A stretch of 64,000 nucleotides of DNA from Heteronotia binoei (Eukaryota), in the NCBI RefSeq assembly GCF_032191835.1, contig NC_083234.1, positions 27,714,001-27,778,000 on the forward strand. Direction: 5' to 3'. A model generated the notes under the pieces. That model worked only from the letters and a program-made list of their open reading frames with translations. It made no database searches and had not been told where the DNA came from. Position numbers and translations under genes: made by a program. Below are positions 13,334 to 24,012 of the stretch, one piece after another; the first letter of the stretch is position 1; each line of letters starts with the position of its first letter.

Positions 13334-15099
13334 GTTCATCTACTCAGACTGGCAGCAACTCTCCAGGGTCTCAGCTGAAGGTCTTGTGTGTTGGAGTGAG
13401 TGACTCCACATGCCTGGACAAAGGGTGTGTGCGCACATAGGTGTTATCTCAGAATGGGATGCCTCTCTTGGTCTTAACCTGGGAGCTGCCCTCTGACCCC
13501 TCTTCTCACTTTGCATTCTCTTGACATGGCCTCCCACGGAGACACATCATGCCTCTGCAGGTCTCTCCTGTAGAGACAATATATTCATACTCCCACTCAC
13601 ATGATGCCGGATTAGCTGGCCATTTGCGATAGTGAAAGTACTCTTTAGATTAGGTTTCTCTCCTTTTGACTACAACCTGAATGTGAACTGGATCTACTTG
13701 AATAAATGTAAGTCTACCTTTTTTGCAATGGACTACTTGGGAGATTTATTCACTGCACTCAGTATCACACCTTGATGACTGGATGAACTCTACTATATTA
13801 ACTAAACAATCTACTAATCAATCCTTTTAACTGGAGATGCCAGAGATTGGACCTGGGACCACCTGCATGCTGATGCTCTCCTGCACAGCCAAAGCCCACA
13901 TCGCTTCACACACAAACCTGAAAGATGACCTTGGCTTGGAAACACAGCAAAAGTATTTTTTAAAATAATAATATGCCAACCTTTTGAGTTGCAGATCCAG
14001 AGCCTGAGAAGGTCACTACTTTCAGAGCTGCACAGAAGACACAAGCTGGTTGCATCTTTAACCCTCACAGCATTGCTATGACCGGAACAGATTCTCATGG
14101 TAGAATTTTTCTGTCCAAGCTACTCTGAAAGGTATAGGTGCTCTTTCAGGATCCGGGAGGGGCACCCCTACCCAAGCATGAGCCACTGTCACCTTTAATT
14201 TTATCAGCTTTCCCCACCTCCTATTTGAAATGCTGGGTCTGGAGGCATTTAGTACCAATTGGCAGCTCGAAATGTTATAATTGCAATGATTCCCAGGCGT
14301 TTTGACCAATGGAAGATTGTTCTGCCTTAGCCTCCTGGTGAAGAAGTGCAGGCCCTTTTCATTAGGCTGCCCAAAGCTAATGGAGGTATCAAAGAGGACT
14401 CAGAGATGCCTGGGCTATCCTCCCTCACCCCCCCTCCCCGCTCAAAGAAAGCAATTATGCTCACAGGCTCTGCCTCACAGCTGGTTCCAATGTTCTGCAC
14501 TAACTTTATTGAATTTTTTAAAAAAACAGTTTATCATTCCTGGCTTGCCACAGGACAGCCGATTAGCTACACATGATGTGGGCCAGCCATGGAACGGGCA
14601 GAGAAGGAGGCATAGAAAAGCAGGATTGTCCAAACTGGGAAAGGAAGACTGTGCAGAGACGGGCAATGAGAAAACCAAAGGAAGGGTGCAGGAATGAGAA
14701 TTGCCAACTTTTAGACTGGTTCTGTCCTCTAGTGGACCTTTTCATATCAGTTTGATCAACTGCAGTTATCAGGGGATGTTATGCAGCTGGCCGGAGGCCA
14801 TTAAAAAAAAATTCAAGTCCAAATTTCTGCATCTTTATGCAAGGGATAGGACATTTTGTTTTCCTGGCCAAAGGAATCTTTGCAGGGATCCAGAGTGCAA
14901 GCATGAAATCCTAATGCCGTGGCTACTGACTCTGATCCCTTTGTAAACTGGTTTCTCTCTCACTATAGGACTGGTTGTCAGGGATTAAAAGAAAACTCTC
15001 CCCTCCTCCCAAAATACTGGAAATTGAGGACATCCAATGAAGTTGAGGGGCAGAAGTTTCAGGATGCAAAAGAGGAAGTACTTATTTACACAAGTGATA

Positions 15100-15385
15100 T
15101 TAAAAGGTGCAATTTGCTACCAGAAGATGTAGTGATGGCCCCAGGCATAGACAGATTTGTGGAGGATTTGTCCATCAGTGGCTACTAGCCATGGTGACTA
15201 AAGGGAACATCCATATTTAAGAGACAGTCAGCGTCTCAGTCCCAGGAGGCAACATCAGAGGAAGACCTCAGCTTTTATGCCCTGTTGTCGGCCCTCCAGA
15301 GGAACTGGTTGGCCACTGTGCGAAGCAGGATCCTGGACTAGATGGCCAACAGGTCTGATCCAGTGGGGCTCTTCTTTTGTTCTTG
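15100..15385 (+). mobile_element. CR1 LINE 3' fragment
   Basis: …ATCAGTGGCTACTAGCCATGG…GGTTGGCCACTGTG…CTTCTTTTGTTCTT, same family as 1880-2245. Confidence 0.6.
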
Positions 15386-15429
15386 AAATTGTAGGTCCCT
15401 GGGGGCAGACCCCATAGGGATGGGGTGGC

Positions 15430-15695
15430 TAAACTTGTTTAGCATAAGAGCCATGTAGAATAAACATCAGATGTTTGAGAGCCACAAGGAAGGAAGGAAG
15501 AGAGAGAGAAATGTGGAAAGAAAGTGCTTTTAAATGCATTCTTCAAGCCACTGGCTGGCTTGGCTTGGAGAAGTGATTTAAAGAGAAAAATGCCTTCTCC
15601 AAGCTGGCAGAGTGGTGGAGGCTTCAAAGAGCCACACAATGTGTGTGAAAGAGCCACATGTGGCTCCCGAGCTATAGTTTGGCCACCTCTGCAAT
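15430..15695. mobile_element. hAT MITE (CAGGGGTGGCCAAACT family)
   Basis: GGGGTGGCTAAACTT…AGTTTGGCCACCTCTG TIRs. Homologous to 19322-19642 and 43854-44141. Confidence 0.65.
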
Positions 15696-16669
15696 AAGGG
15701 GTTGCAAACATGAGATTCTCAACCTTAGATTCACTGCCACCATGAAAACGGTGGGGGAAGGCACTTATAGCGGAGAAATGCAGTTCCTTAACCATTCCCC
15801 TTCTCCTTCTTTTCCTCTGATGGGAAAAGGCACAGAGCAAAATTATTGTCTGCATGACTATTAAAAGCAAAATACAGAAGGAAATCCAAAAGGTGAACAT
15901 ACACACCCTTTGTTTTCCCTCTTTTTTTGGCCCAATTTGTTGTGTTGATACATGGGCCGCCAACATAGAGGAGACAGTAATAAACTTCTCTGCCACGGTG
16001 CCAGTGATGCAACTCCATGGCAAAGGGCCCATCTGTGCAACGCTTTAGTCTTGTTCCATCCTGTGCCATTTCCTACTCTGGGTTGGCACTCTCATACCGT
16101 GCAAAGTTGTGTTCAGCTGGAAAGCCTTGCTGAGCTAGAGGGAACTGAATCTCAAGCATAGGCACCCAGGCCTGACAAAATATGCTCTATGTACCCTCCT
16201 ACTCACTTAAGATCTTCAGAAGATAACATGCTGATGGTAGTCCCAGCTAGTAAGTCTTGGAGTCAGTTGAAACTCATAACATCAGTAATCAGTCACCTTT
16301 TAAGAAAGCCCTGAAGACGTTTGTGTCCGTTCAAGCCTTTGAGTTGAAGATCAGTGTAATTTACTTCAAGCATCTTGCTGGAAAACAATAGATGTGATTC
16401 AGGTGACTGAATTCTTGAGTTGCACCATGACTTGATATCATCAATATTCTGGCCCTCCTTAGCCAACTAGAGAGGCTGAATGAATGTTCTGCAAGATTGC
16501 TTGTAGTTTGTTAGGTTATTTTGAAACAATGAGTCAAACGTAAGACTGCCACATGCAGATGGACACCAGTTTACATCATTGCCGGCAGCAGATCCAGATA
16601 TTTAAAATCCAAAACAAGGCAAATTTTGGAGCACAAGTTCAAGGCCTCATTAGTTCTGTTTGAACATGC

Positions 16670-16860
16670 ATGAAGCTGACTTCTACTGAATCAGACCCTT
16701 GGTCCATCATGGTATTATCTACTCACAGTAGCTGCAGCTCTCCAGAGTCTCAGGCAAAGGGCTTTCACAACACCTGCTGCCTGGTCCTTTTAACAGGGAA
16801 TGCTGGGGATTGAACCCAGGACCTTCTGCATGCAAGGTAGAGGCTCTTCCACTGAGCCAC
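16670..16860 (-). mobile_element. tRNA-derived SINE
   Basis: Reverse complement of the 3845-4020 family. Confidence 0.6.
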
Positions 16861-16914
16861 ATCACCTAGCAATTTCAGTTTCAGCATCCCAACTATCTGT
16901 TTATGCCTAAAAGG

Positions 16915-17195
16915 TAAAGGTAGTCCCCCGTGCAAGCACCAGTCGCTTCCGACTCTGGGGTGACATTGCTTTCACAGCAGACTTTTTACAGGGTGGTTTG
17001 CCATAGCCTTCCCCAGTCATTTACACTTTACCCCCAGCAAGCTGGGTACTCATTTTTCTGACCTTGGAAGGATGGAAGGCTGAGTCAACCATGAGCTGGC
17101 TGGCTGAACCCAGCTTCTTCTGGGATCAAACTCAGGTCATGAGCTGATCTTGGACTGCAGTAATGCAGCTTACCACTCTGTGCCATGGGGTTCTT
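16915..17195 (-). mobile_element. Sauria SINE
   Basis: Reverse complement of the Sauria-type copy at 44500-44790 (GACTCAGCCTTCCATCCTTCCAAGGTC…AATGAGTACCCAGCTTGCTGGGGG). Confidence 0.7.
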
Positions 17196-18264
17196 TAAGC
17201 AATTATTCTTACAGGTTCATGTTTGGTTGAGTTAGTGCCAGACACCTCCCTGTGTAGTTTCTGTTGTCTACAGGAAAGTCATTGAGGGGTTAAGGAAAGC
17301 AAAAGGAGGAGGGGGAATCCATCCCCATGACAAGGTTGTCAGCACTTTGACCTAATAAAAATACTTTGGCAGGAAAGAGAAATAATAAATTATAATTTTA
17401 AAGAAACAATCTGGCAGCTGAGCAGCATGGCTCCTTGATAATCATTTATAATTCCTTTTTATTACAGATTGTTTGGCTACAGGGGGCTGAGGGATATAAT
17501 GTGTCAAGAAGACTGAAAACAAGGCAAGATGGCACTTCCTGCCCTAGAAGCACAAGGGATTTCACACCAAGAGTCACAAAGCAGAAATCTGCACTTTGCT
17601 TCAGCTAGCATATGCAATCATTAAACTTCCTTCCAGGATTTTTTTTTTTAAAAGAGAGACACAGCTTTAACTGACATAAAATTTTAAAAAGCAAAGACTG
17701 CTTTTGGGTATTGTGACTAAAACGTGATGGGATTTGCAACTCTGTAATGTTGAGGCTAGGAATGGCTTGGCCCAATTAAAACAACAGAAGGAAGAGGAGG
17801 GGCTCCAGCAGCCTCAGGTGCAGAGTCCTACAGCATGCATTCTGTCCTTTGTGCCTAGCTCCCCCCTCACCCCCATATCAAAAGGTCTTTTTGCAGTTTT
17901 GCATTTGTTACTTTGGTAATGGTCCTTCTAGGTCACATGGGAAGTCTTCCTGTTTGTTTTCCTTGCCAAGTGGCAGACTTGCAAAGACTTTACTTCCCCT
18001 ACCACTATAATTTTAACAGCAGCAGTTAGCAGGTGATAATGCTCACCACCATGCCCTGAAAAGCCCCTCTTGTTAATTTCTAACAAGGAAGGACACAACT
18101 GCTTCCAAGCAATTAATCTGTGCAGTTCAGTCTCGTATTAAAAGACACAGAATAAGCCATCCTTAGCCCCTCTGTAAGAAGAAATGGGAAAACCAACACT
18201 TCACAAACAATTGAGGATTATTTCAGAAAACTCATCTTTTTTTGAATGAGAAGTTTCAACAGGT

Positions 18265-18535
18265 AGCAGGGCTTTTTTGTAGAAAAAGCCCAGCAGGAAC
18301 TCATTTACATATTAGGCCCCACCCCCTGATGTCACCATTGTCCCACAAAGGGCTTTCTTGTAGGAAAAACCAAGCGTGGAACTCATTTACATATTAGGCC
18401 ACACACCCTGATGTCACCATTGTCCCGCAAAGGGCTTTTTTGTAGGAAAAACCAAGCAGGGAACTCATTTGCATATTAGGCCACACCCCCTAACACCAAG
18501 CCAGATAGAAGTTCCTGCTCAAAAAAAGCCCTGGG
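18265..18535. repeat. MITE with ~3 tandem internal units (~88 bp)
   Basis: CAGGGCTTTTTT…AAAAAAAGCCCTG termini; GAACTCATTT(A/G)CATATTAGGCC occurs three times. Confidence 0.7.
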
Positions 18536-19321
18536 TAGGTGCAAAACACTTTAATATTACATGTCTATCCATGAAATGCACATCAAGTGCATGTACAATT
18601 AATTCACTTGATTTCCCTGAGCGAGAAAAATGAGATCTTACTAGCAATTAATATGGAAGGGGGTTAATGCATGACTGTAGGTGTTTGTGTGACTGTAGAG
18701 ATAGTATCTTGAAACAGGCTTCTGGAATGGCTCCTCTGCAAGGTTACCACTGGATCAGCAACTTGTCAAAACATACGTGTGAGCATCACCGGCTGCTATA
18801 CCTCACCTTATAACTAAATGTCCAGCTTCAGAGGCAATTTTTCCCCCTAGGTACAGCCTATGCATGCTTACTCATAAACAAGCCCTACCCCAGTTCAAGG
18901 TTTCAGTACATGTTTAAAACCCATTGAACGAAAAGACCCTGCCCTCTGCAGCTTCAAATGATACAAAGGCAGCTTAGATTCAAGAATGCCTTATCATGAC
19001 ATTGATATACTGCTGGACAGCTTCAATGGAAGATTTTCCTCCAAAACAGAACTGTGGCTGGTGATTAGTTATTCCATAAAAGGCTGGCTACTCCTAGCAG
19101 TCAAATAACCTGTTAACCACTTTCCAAGGCCCTGGAGATTGGAGTGCAAATAGGGCAAGCAGTTCTGGACTGCAAGGTCTCTTTTGTGCCTCTTTCTTCC
19201 CTTTCAATAAAGCAGATGCTGCCATCTAGAGGCTTGTGATTTAATTACTAGCAATATTCTTGCATTTGATTTATTGTACAAAAAAGCAATCTACCCGATT
19301 AATCTGTAATTTAGTTTGTAT

Positions 19322-19642
19322 CAGGGTGGCCAAACTGCGGCTTGGGAGCCACATGTGGCTCTTTGAAACTTATTGTGTGGCTCCTGAAGCCCCCACCACC
19401 CCATTGGCTGGCTTAGAGAAGGCATGTCTCTTTAAATCACTTCCCCAAGCCAAGCCAGCCAGCAGCCTGGAGAATGCATTTAAAGTTGCTTTCTTTCTAC
19501 CTTTCCCTCCCCTCCGCCGATTTATTTGCCTTCCTTCCTTTCCTTTCTTTCTTGTGGCTTGCAAACATCTGATGTCCATGTCTTGCAACTCTCAAACATC
19601 TGATGTCTATTCTATTACATTAAGGAAGTTTGGCCACCCCTG
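19322..19642. mobile_element. hAT MITE (CAGGGGTGGCCAAACT family)
   Basis: CAGGGTGGCCAAACT…AGTTTGGCCACCCCTG TIRs. Lies ~20 bp from the DIRS left end. Confidence 0.7.
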
Positions 19643-19663
19643 GTCTACATGCTAAAGCTACAT

Positions 19664-19845
19664 CTTCTTCGTGGTCTCTGTGCTTCACACTCATGGGATA
19701 GTGCGCCTGCGCCGATCCCCGAATCGGTACCTGAAAAAGCCTGGGATTTTTTCGCGCTCGGCGCCAATGGGCATGCACGGGCGTCCCAATGCGCATGCCC
19801 ACCAGCGCAAGCGCGGGGATCCCGCCAGTTCCTTTCTGACTGCCG
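19664..19845 (+). repeat. DIRS left ITR
   Basis: Reverse complement of 25208-25390, with about 5 substitutions in the core and a divergent outer ~25 nt. Confidence 0.93.
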
Positions 19846-20084
19846 CGCTAGAGAGGTTCCCTTTCTGCTTCTCCGGTCGGTGAGAGTATCTTTTTCTCTC
19901 GTTCTAGCCCGTTGGCCTTTGTAAATAGTTAGTTATTAGTATAGTTAGTGATAGTTAACAAAAAAAAAAAAAGCGTTTCGTTGTCCGGCGGACTGCCCCT
20001 TGGGGTATTCCGCCTTCGCTTTCCCCCGCCTTTCTCTCAGGCGTTTCTGAGCAGAAAGAGATTGGTTTTTTTGTGCGACTGCCT

Positions 20085-22115
20085 ATGGAAAGTCGCTGGG
20101 GTTTTTTCAAGCGCTGCCGTGCTTGCGGGAAGAAGATTGCCCCTCTGGACGGCCATTCTCTGTGCCTCTTGTGCTTGGGGGAGTCGCACAGAGCGGAGTC
20201 GTGCCCGCATTGCCTTCGGTTCTCGAAACAGACCAGAAAGAACCGTGCGGCTCGATTATCGGCGGCGTTAACCGAATCGGCGCTTCGACCTCATCGACCG
20301 ATGGAGGGATCGGCACCGAAATCGACTGACACCCCGGCACAGGAGCTCGCATCGGCCGATGCCGCTCCGATTCCGACTTTGGAACTGCCGGAAGAGCGTG
20401 GCTCCACAAAACGTTCCCACGAGGGCTCGGTGGATACGCCCGCTAGGAAACGCCGTGAGGACTCGGGGACCCGAGCTCCGAAAAAGGCGAAATCGAAGGA
20501 GAAGCGTAAACGACCCCGCACTCCTTCTCCGTCGGGTGGCGCATCGACAGCGGCAAACCCGCCGAAAACGATTCGGGTTTCCCCGCGCCGAAGCCCAGCA
20601 GCTCAACAACGCCTGTCGGCGTCGGAGCAGGAGCCGGAGATTGACCTCACCCAACGGTCTTCGTCTTTGGGCTCACGTCGACGGTCGATCAGCGATTCGG
20701 CGTCGGAAGTGGATGCTTCGGCACCGGTCATAGACCCGCCGTTCAAGCCCTGCCCCAGGCGGGATCCACACTATACCCCGCACCGCTTCCCGATACCACC
20801 ATGGGAGCAGCGTCGGTGGCAGCCTCCCTACTCCCAGTATGATTCCTGCCGTTGGTACCCGGAGGACTACCCAGACTGCGAGCAAGCTTCGGAGTTCTCT
20901 TCGGTGTCGAGGGTCTCGCATCGTTCCCGGAAGGCGTCGGTTCCCCCGGATCGACAGCGAGTTCCGGTCGAAGCCCCTCGTAAGCTACAACCGATTCAAC
21001 CTCCACCTAGAGAGTCGACCCCGATCCTGTCAGAGCATTCCACTCATCAGGACTCTTCATCGGAGTCGGACGGTGAAGTCCACGACTTAGACCCTTCGCC
21101 GGGCTCCCAGACGGCTGAGGATCTTCCGATCTCGCCGTCGGAGGATCTAAAGTCTTATGGGGACCTTGTGAAACGCATCGCTGCCACCCTTCGATTACCC
21201 GTGACCCAGCCAGAACCCGTAGTGGACGACAGCGTGTTCGACATAATGCAGAAGAACACGTCCACTGCGGTTGCTCTACCGGTTACCAAGGTGATCCTTC
21301 AAGTGGTCAAGGAACCTTGGAACAAACCATCTTCGACGCCGGTGTCATCCAAGCGGCTGGACCACATGTACAGGGTCCAGGAGACGGGGGCTGAATTCTT
21401 ATTCACCCATCCACGCCCTAACTCGGTGGTAGTCTCCTCCTCCTCGAAGGCCAGGAAGGTTCACTCCGCTCCACCGGACAAAGAAGGGAGGAAGATCGAC
21501 GGAATGGGCCGCAAGGTCTACTCAGCTGGGGCACTCGGCATAAAAATATCGAACTATGCAGCCTGCATGGCTAGGTATCAGTATGCCATGCTAGAACAAC
21601 TTGCCCCGTTCCTCTCTTCTCTGAGTGAGGACAAGAAGGCTGCTGCAACCAAGCTGCAGAAAGAAGGTCTCGCTGTGGCCAGACAACAACTGGCTGCAGC
21701 GAAACACATGGTGGAAGCCTCAGCCAGACAGATCACCTCTGCAGTCTGCATTAGGCGTCACTCCTGGCTTCGGTCTACGGCACTCCACCAAGATACGAAA
21801 ACCTTTATCGAGGACCTGCCTTTTGAGGGTGACGGGCTCTTCAGCACCACAACTGACACGGCGCTGCAAGAGTTCGATAAGAGCGTCAAGACCTCCAAGA
21901 ACTTGGGCGTCCAATCCACCCCCAAGACTTCTCGGTCCAAGCAGTGGCCTAAGCCCTGGACCAAGAAGCCCTATCAAAGGTTCTCCCCTGATCAATGGCG
22001 TCCCTGGCCTGCACAGCCTGAACGACCCTCCTTCTCTGGTAACGGCAGGAACCGTTACAGGGCCCAGCCCTCCAACAAGTCTAAGGAGGCTCGTCCTCAG
22101 AAGCAGGGGGTTTGA
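20085..22115 (+). CDS. gag: DIRS gag-like ORF1 (N-terminal Cys/His zinc finger, Ser/Pro/Arg-rich middle, LAP2alpha-like C-terminal domain)
   Basis: Open frame from ATG 20085: FKRCRACG…GHSLCLLCLGESH…CPHC; PPDKEGRKIDGMGRKVY; RRHSWLRS; LPFEGDGLF. These are typical vertebrate DIRS1 gag motifs. Confidence 0.88.
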   Translation: MESRWGFFKRCRACGKKIAPLDGHSLCLLCLGESHRAESCPHCLRFSKQTRKNRAARLSAALTESALRPHRPMEGSAPKSTDTPAQELASADAAPIPTLELPEERGSTKRSHEGSVDTPARKRREDSGTRAPKKAKSKEKRKRPRTPSPSGGASTAANPPKTIRVSPRRSPAAQQRLSASEQEPEIDLTQRSSSLGSRRRSISDSASEVDASAPVIDPPFKPCPRRDPHYTPHRFPIPPWEQRRWQPPYSQYDSCRWYPEDYPDCEQASEFSSVSRVSHRSRKASVPPDRQRVPVEAPRKLQPIQPPPRESTPILSEHSTHQDSSSESDGEVHDLDPSPGSQTAEDLPISPSEDLKSYGDLVKRIAATLRLPVTQPEPVVDDSVFDIMQKNTSTAVALPVTKVILQVVKEPWNKPSSTPVSSKRLDHMYRVQETGAEFLFTHPRPNSVVVSSSSKARKVHSAPPDKEGRKIDGMGRKVYSAGALGIKISNYAACMARYQYAMLEQLAPFLSSLSEDKKAAATKLQKEGLAVARQQLAAAKHMVEASARQITSAVCIRRHSWLRSTALHQDTKTFIEDLPFEGDGLFSTTTDTALQEFDKSVKTSKNLGVQSTPKTSRSKQWPKPWTKKPYQRFSPDQWRPWPAQPERPSFSGNGRNRYRAQPSNKSKEARPQKQGV

Positions 22116-24012
22116 CTTCCTGCAAGCACGCGTCATCGTTCCCACTGTTGGCTCTTCCATCCGCCTACGCCCTTTCCTGCCTGCCTGGGAGTTGATCTCC
22201 ACAGACAGGTGGGCACTGTCCATCGTAAAAGAGGGCTACAAAATAGAGTTTGTTCAGACCCCGAACCAGTCCGTGGTAGTTACCACTCCCCCTTCCCCAC
22301 CTCTGCTGGCGGAGGTGAACAACCTCCTACAGAAACAAGCCATAGAGGTGGTTCCGCCGGAGGCCAGGACAGGAGGCTTCTACTCCCGTTACTTCCTGGT
22401 CCCCAAACGGGACGGGGGTTCGAGGCCTATCATGGACCTTCGGAGTCTGAACAAATTCATTCTGTACCAGAAGTTCAGAATGGCTACCCTGCAAACTATC
22501 CTGCCCCTCGTCAATCAGGGAGACTGGATGGCGACCCTGGACCTCAAGGATGCCTACTTTCATGTCAGCATCCACCTGGCGTTCAGGCATTTCCTAAGGT
22601 TTGCAGTGGGTGCTCGGCACTTCCAGTTCAGGGCCCTGCCGTTTGGACTGTCTACCGCTCCTCGGGTGTTCACGAAGCTGATGAGCGTGGTGGCTGCCCG
22701 CCTTCGTCTTCAGGGAGTTGTTGTCTTCCCATACATCGACGACTGGCTTCTTGTGGCGAAGTCGAAGGAGAGTTTGACAACGCATATTGCCATCACTCTG
22801 CGTCTTCTCGGCACCCTGGGATTGCAGGTCAACCTGGAGAAGTCCCATCTGACTCCATCAAGGACAGTTCAATTCATAGGGGCTCTGCTGGACACAGATC
22901 AACACCGAGCATTCCTTCCTTCGCAGAGAGCAAAGGACATCATCAATCTGGTACAGCTTCTCCAAAGGCGGCAGTGGGGCACGGCTCAGCAGCTCCAGCG
23001 GATGCTGGGGCTGATGGCTGCGACGACAAGCGTGCTACGTTTCGCAAGACTGCGAATGAGGGGACTGCAATTGTGGTTCTTACGCCATTTTCGTCCGCTC
23101 AGAGATTCGCCCCGAAAGAGGTTTTCCATCCCACCCGGGACTATCCAATCTCTGCAATGGTGGGGATTGGAGAGCAACATGTGTCAAGGGGCTCCCTTTC
23201 ATCTACCAACCCCTACTGTGACTATTGCCACCGACGCTTCCATGTGGGGGTGGGGAGCTCACCTGGAAGACCTATGTGTGGGGGGCCAGTGGCCTCCGAA
23301 GCTGAGTCGGTGCCATATAAATTACTTGGAACTGCTGGCAGTTCACTTTGCCCTTCGCTCCTTTCGCCCCCTGTTAGCAGGGAAGACTGTGGCTCTACTT
23401 ACGGACAACACCACTGCCCTGTGTTATATAAACAGACAGGGAGGGACAGTGTCCCGCAGACTGTGCTCGCTGGCGATGGACCTCTGGACGGAGTGCCTCC
23501 AGTGGGACATTTTTCTGAAGGCAACACACCTGCCGGGGGTCCTCAACATTCAGGCGGACTCTCTCAGCAGGGGTGGAGCTCTCCCACACGAATGGGAACT
23601 GCAATGGCGGTTCCTGGAGCCGGTGTTCCAGCGTTGGGGGTACCCGCAGCTAGATGTCTTCGCCACAGCGGAGAACAAAAAGTGCCCCTTGTTCTGTGCC
23701 AGGGGAGGTGCGGATCCAGCCTCGCTAGGAGACGGACTCCTTCTTCAGTGGGGGGGCTGGTTCCTTTACATGTTCCCACCCTTGCCTCTTCTAACAAGGG
23801 TAGTCCACAAGTTAGCTCAGGAGAAGCCACGTTGCATCCTGGTGACTCCTTGGTGGCCCCGTCAGAGTTGGTTCTCGATCCTGCTCCAGCAGTCGAGGGG
23901 GGTATTTTATCAGTTCCCGACAGATCCGGACCTGTTGTCGGCCCAGGGCGGGCACGTACTCCACCACAACGTGCCCCACCTGAAGCTGACGGCGTGGTTC
24001 ATCGATCAGTAG
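21625..24012 (+). CDS. DIRS ORF2: reverse transcriptase - RNase H - methyltransferase-like (true start undefined; overlaps gag)
   Basis: YSRYFLVPK, RPIMDLR, LDLKDAYFHV, LPFGLSTAPRVFTK and YIDD (RT); TDAS, HINYLEL, TDNTT and ADSLSR (RNase H); LDVFA, YMFPP and PWWPRQSWF (MT-like). The frame is uninterrupted. Confidence 0.95.
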   Translation: MRTRRLLQPSCRKKVSLWPDNNWLQRNTWWKPQPDRSPLQSALGVTPGFGLRHSTKIRKPLSRTCLLRVTGSSAPQLTRRCKSSIRASRPPRTWASNPPPRLLGPSSGLSPGPRSPIKGSPLINGVPGLHSLNDPPSLVTAGTVTGPSPPTSLRRLVLRSRGFDFLQARVIVPTVGSSIRLRPFLPAWELISTDRWALSIVKEGYKIEFVQTPNQSVVVTTPPSPPLLAEVNNLLQKQAIEVVPPEARTGGFYSRYFLVPKRDGGSRPIMDLRSLNKFILYQKFRMATLQTILPLVNQGDWMATLDLKDAYFHVSIHLAFRHFLRFAVGARHFQFRALPFGLSTAPRVFTKLMSVVAARLRLQGVVVFPYIDDWLLVAKSKESLTTHIAITLRLLGTLGLQVNLEKSHLTPSRTVQFIGALLDTDQHRAFLPSQRAKDIINLVQLLQRRQWGTAQQLQRMLGLMAATTSVLRFARLRMRGLQLWFLRHFRPLRDSPRKRFSIPPGTIQSLQWWGLESNMCQGAPFHLPTPTVTIATDASMWGWGAHLEDLCVGGQWPPKLSRCHINYLELLAVHFALRSFRPLLAGKTVALLTDNTTALCYINRQGGTVSRRLCSLAMDLWTECLQWDIFLKATHLPGVLNIQADSLSRGGALPHEWELQWRFLEPVFQRWGYPQLDVFATAENKKCPLFCARGGADPASLGDGLLLQWGGWFLYMFPPLPLLTRVVHKLAQEKPRCILVTPWWPRQSWFSILLQQSRGVFYQFPTDPDLLSAQGGHVLHHNVPHLKLTAWFIDQ

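Noticed and set aside
18265-18535. CRISPR-like repeat/spacer array
   Set aside because: Eukaryotic context; the units are whole tandem copies with no unique spacers and lie inside MITE TIRs.
19649-19924. ORFs within the DIRS ITRs/ICR (19620-19924, 24939-25466)
   Set aside because: They are by-products of the GC-rich inverted repeats, mirrored on both ends, with no protein motifs.
20107-23830. Many antisense and alternative-frame ORFs inside the DIRS element
   Set aside because: Shadow ORFs of GC-rich overlapping coding sequence.
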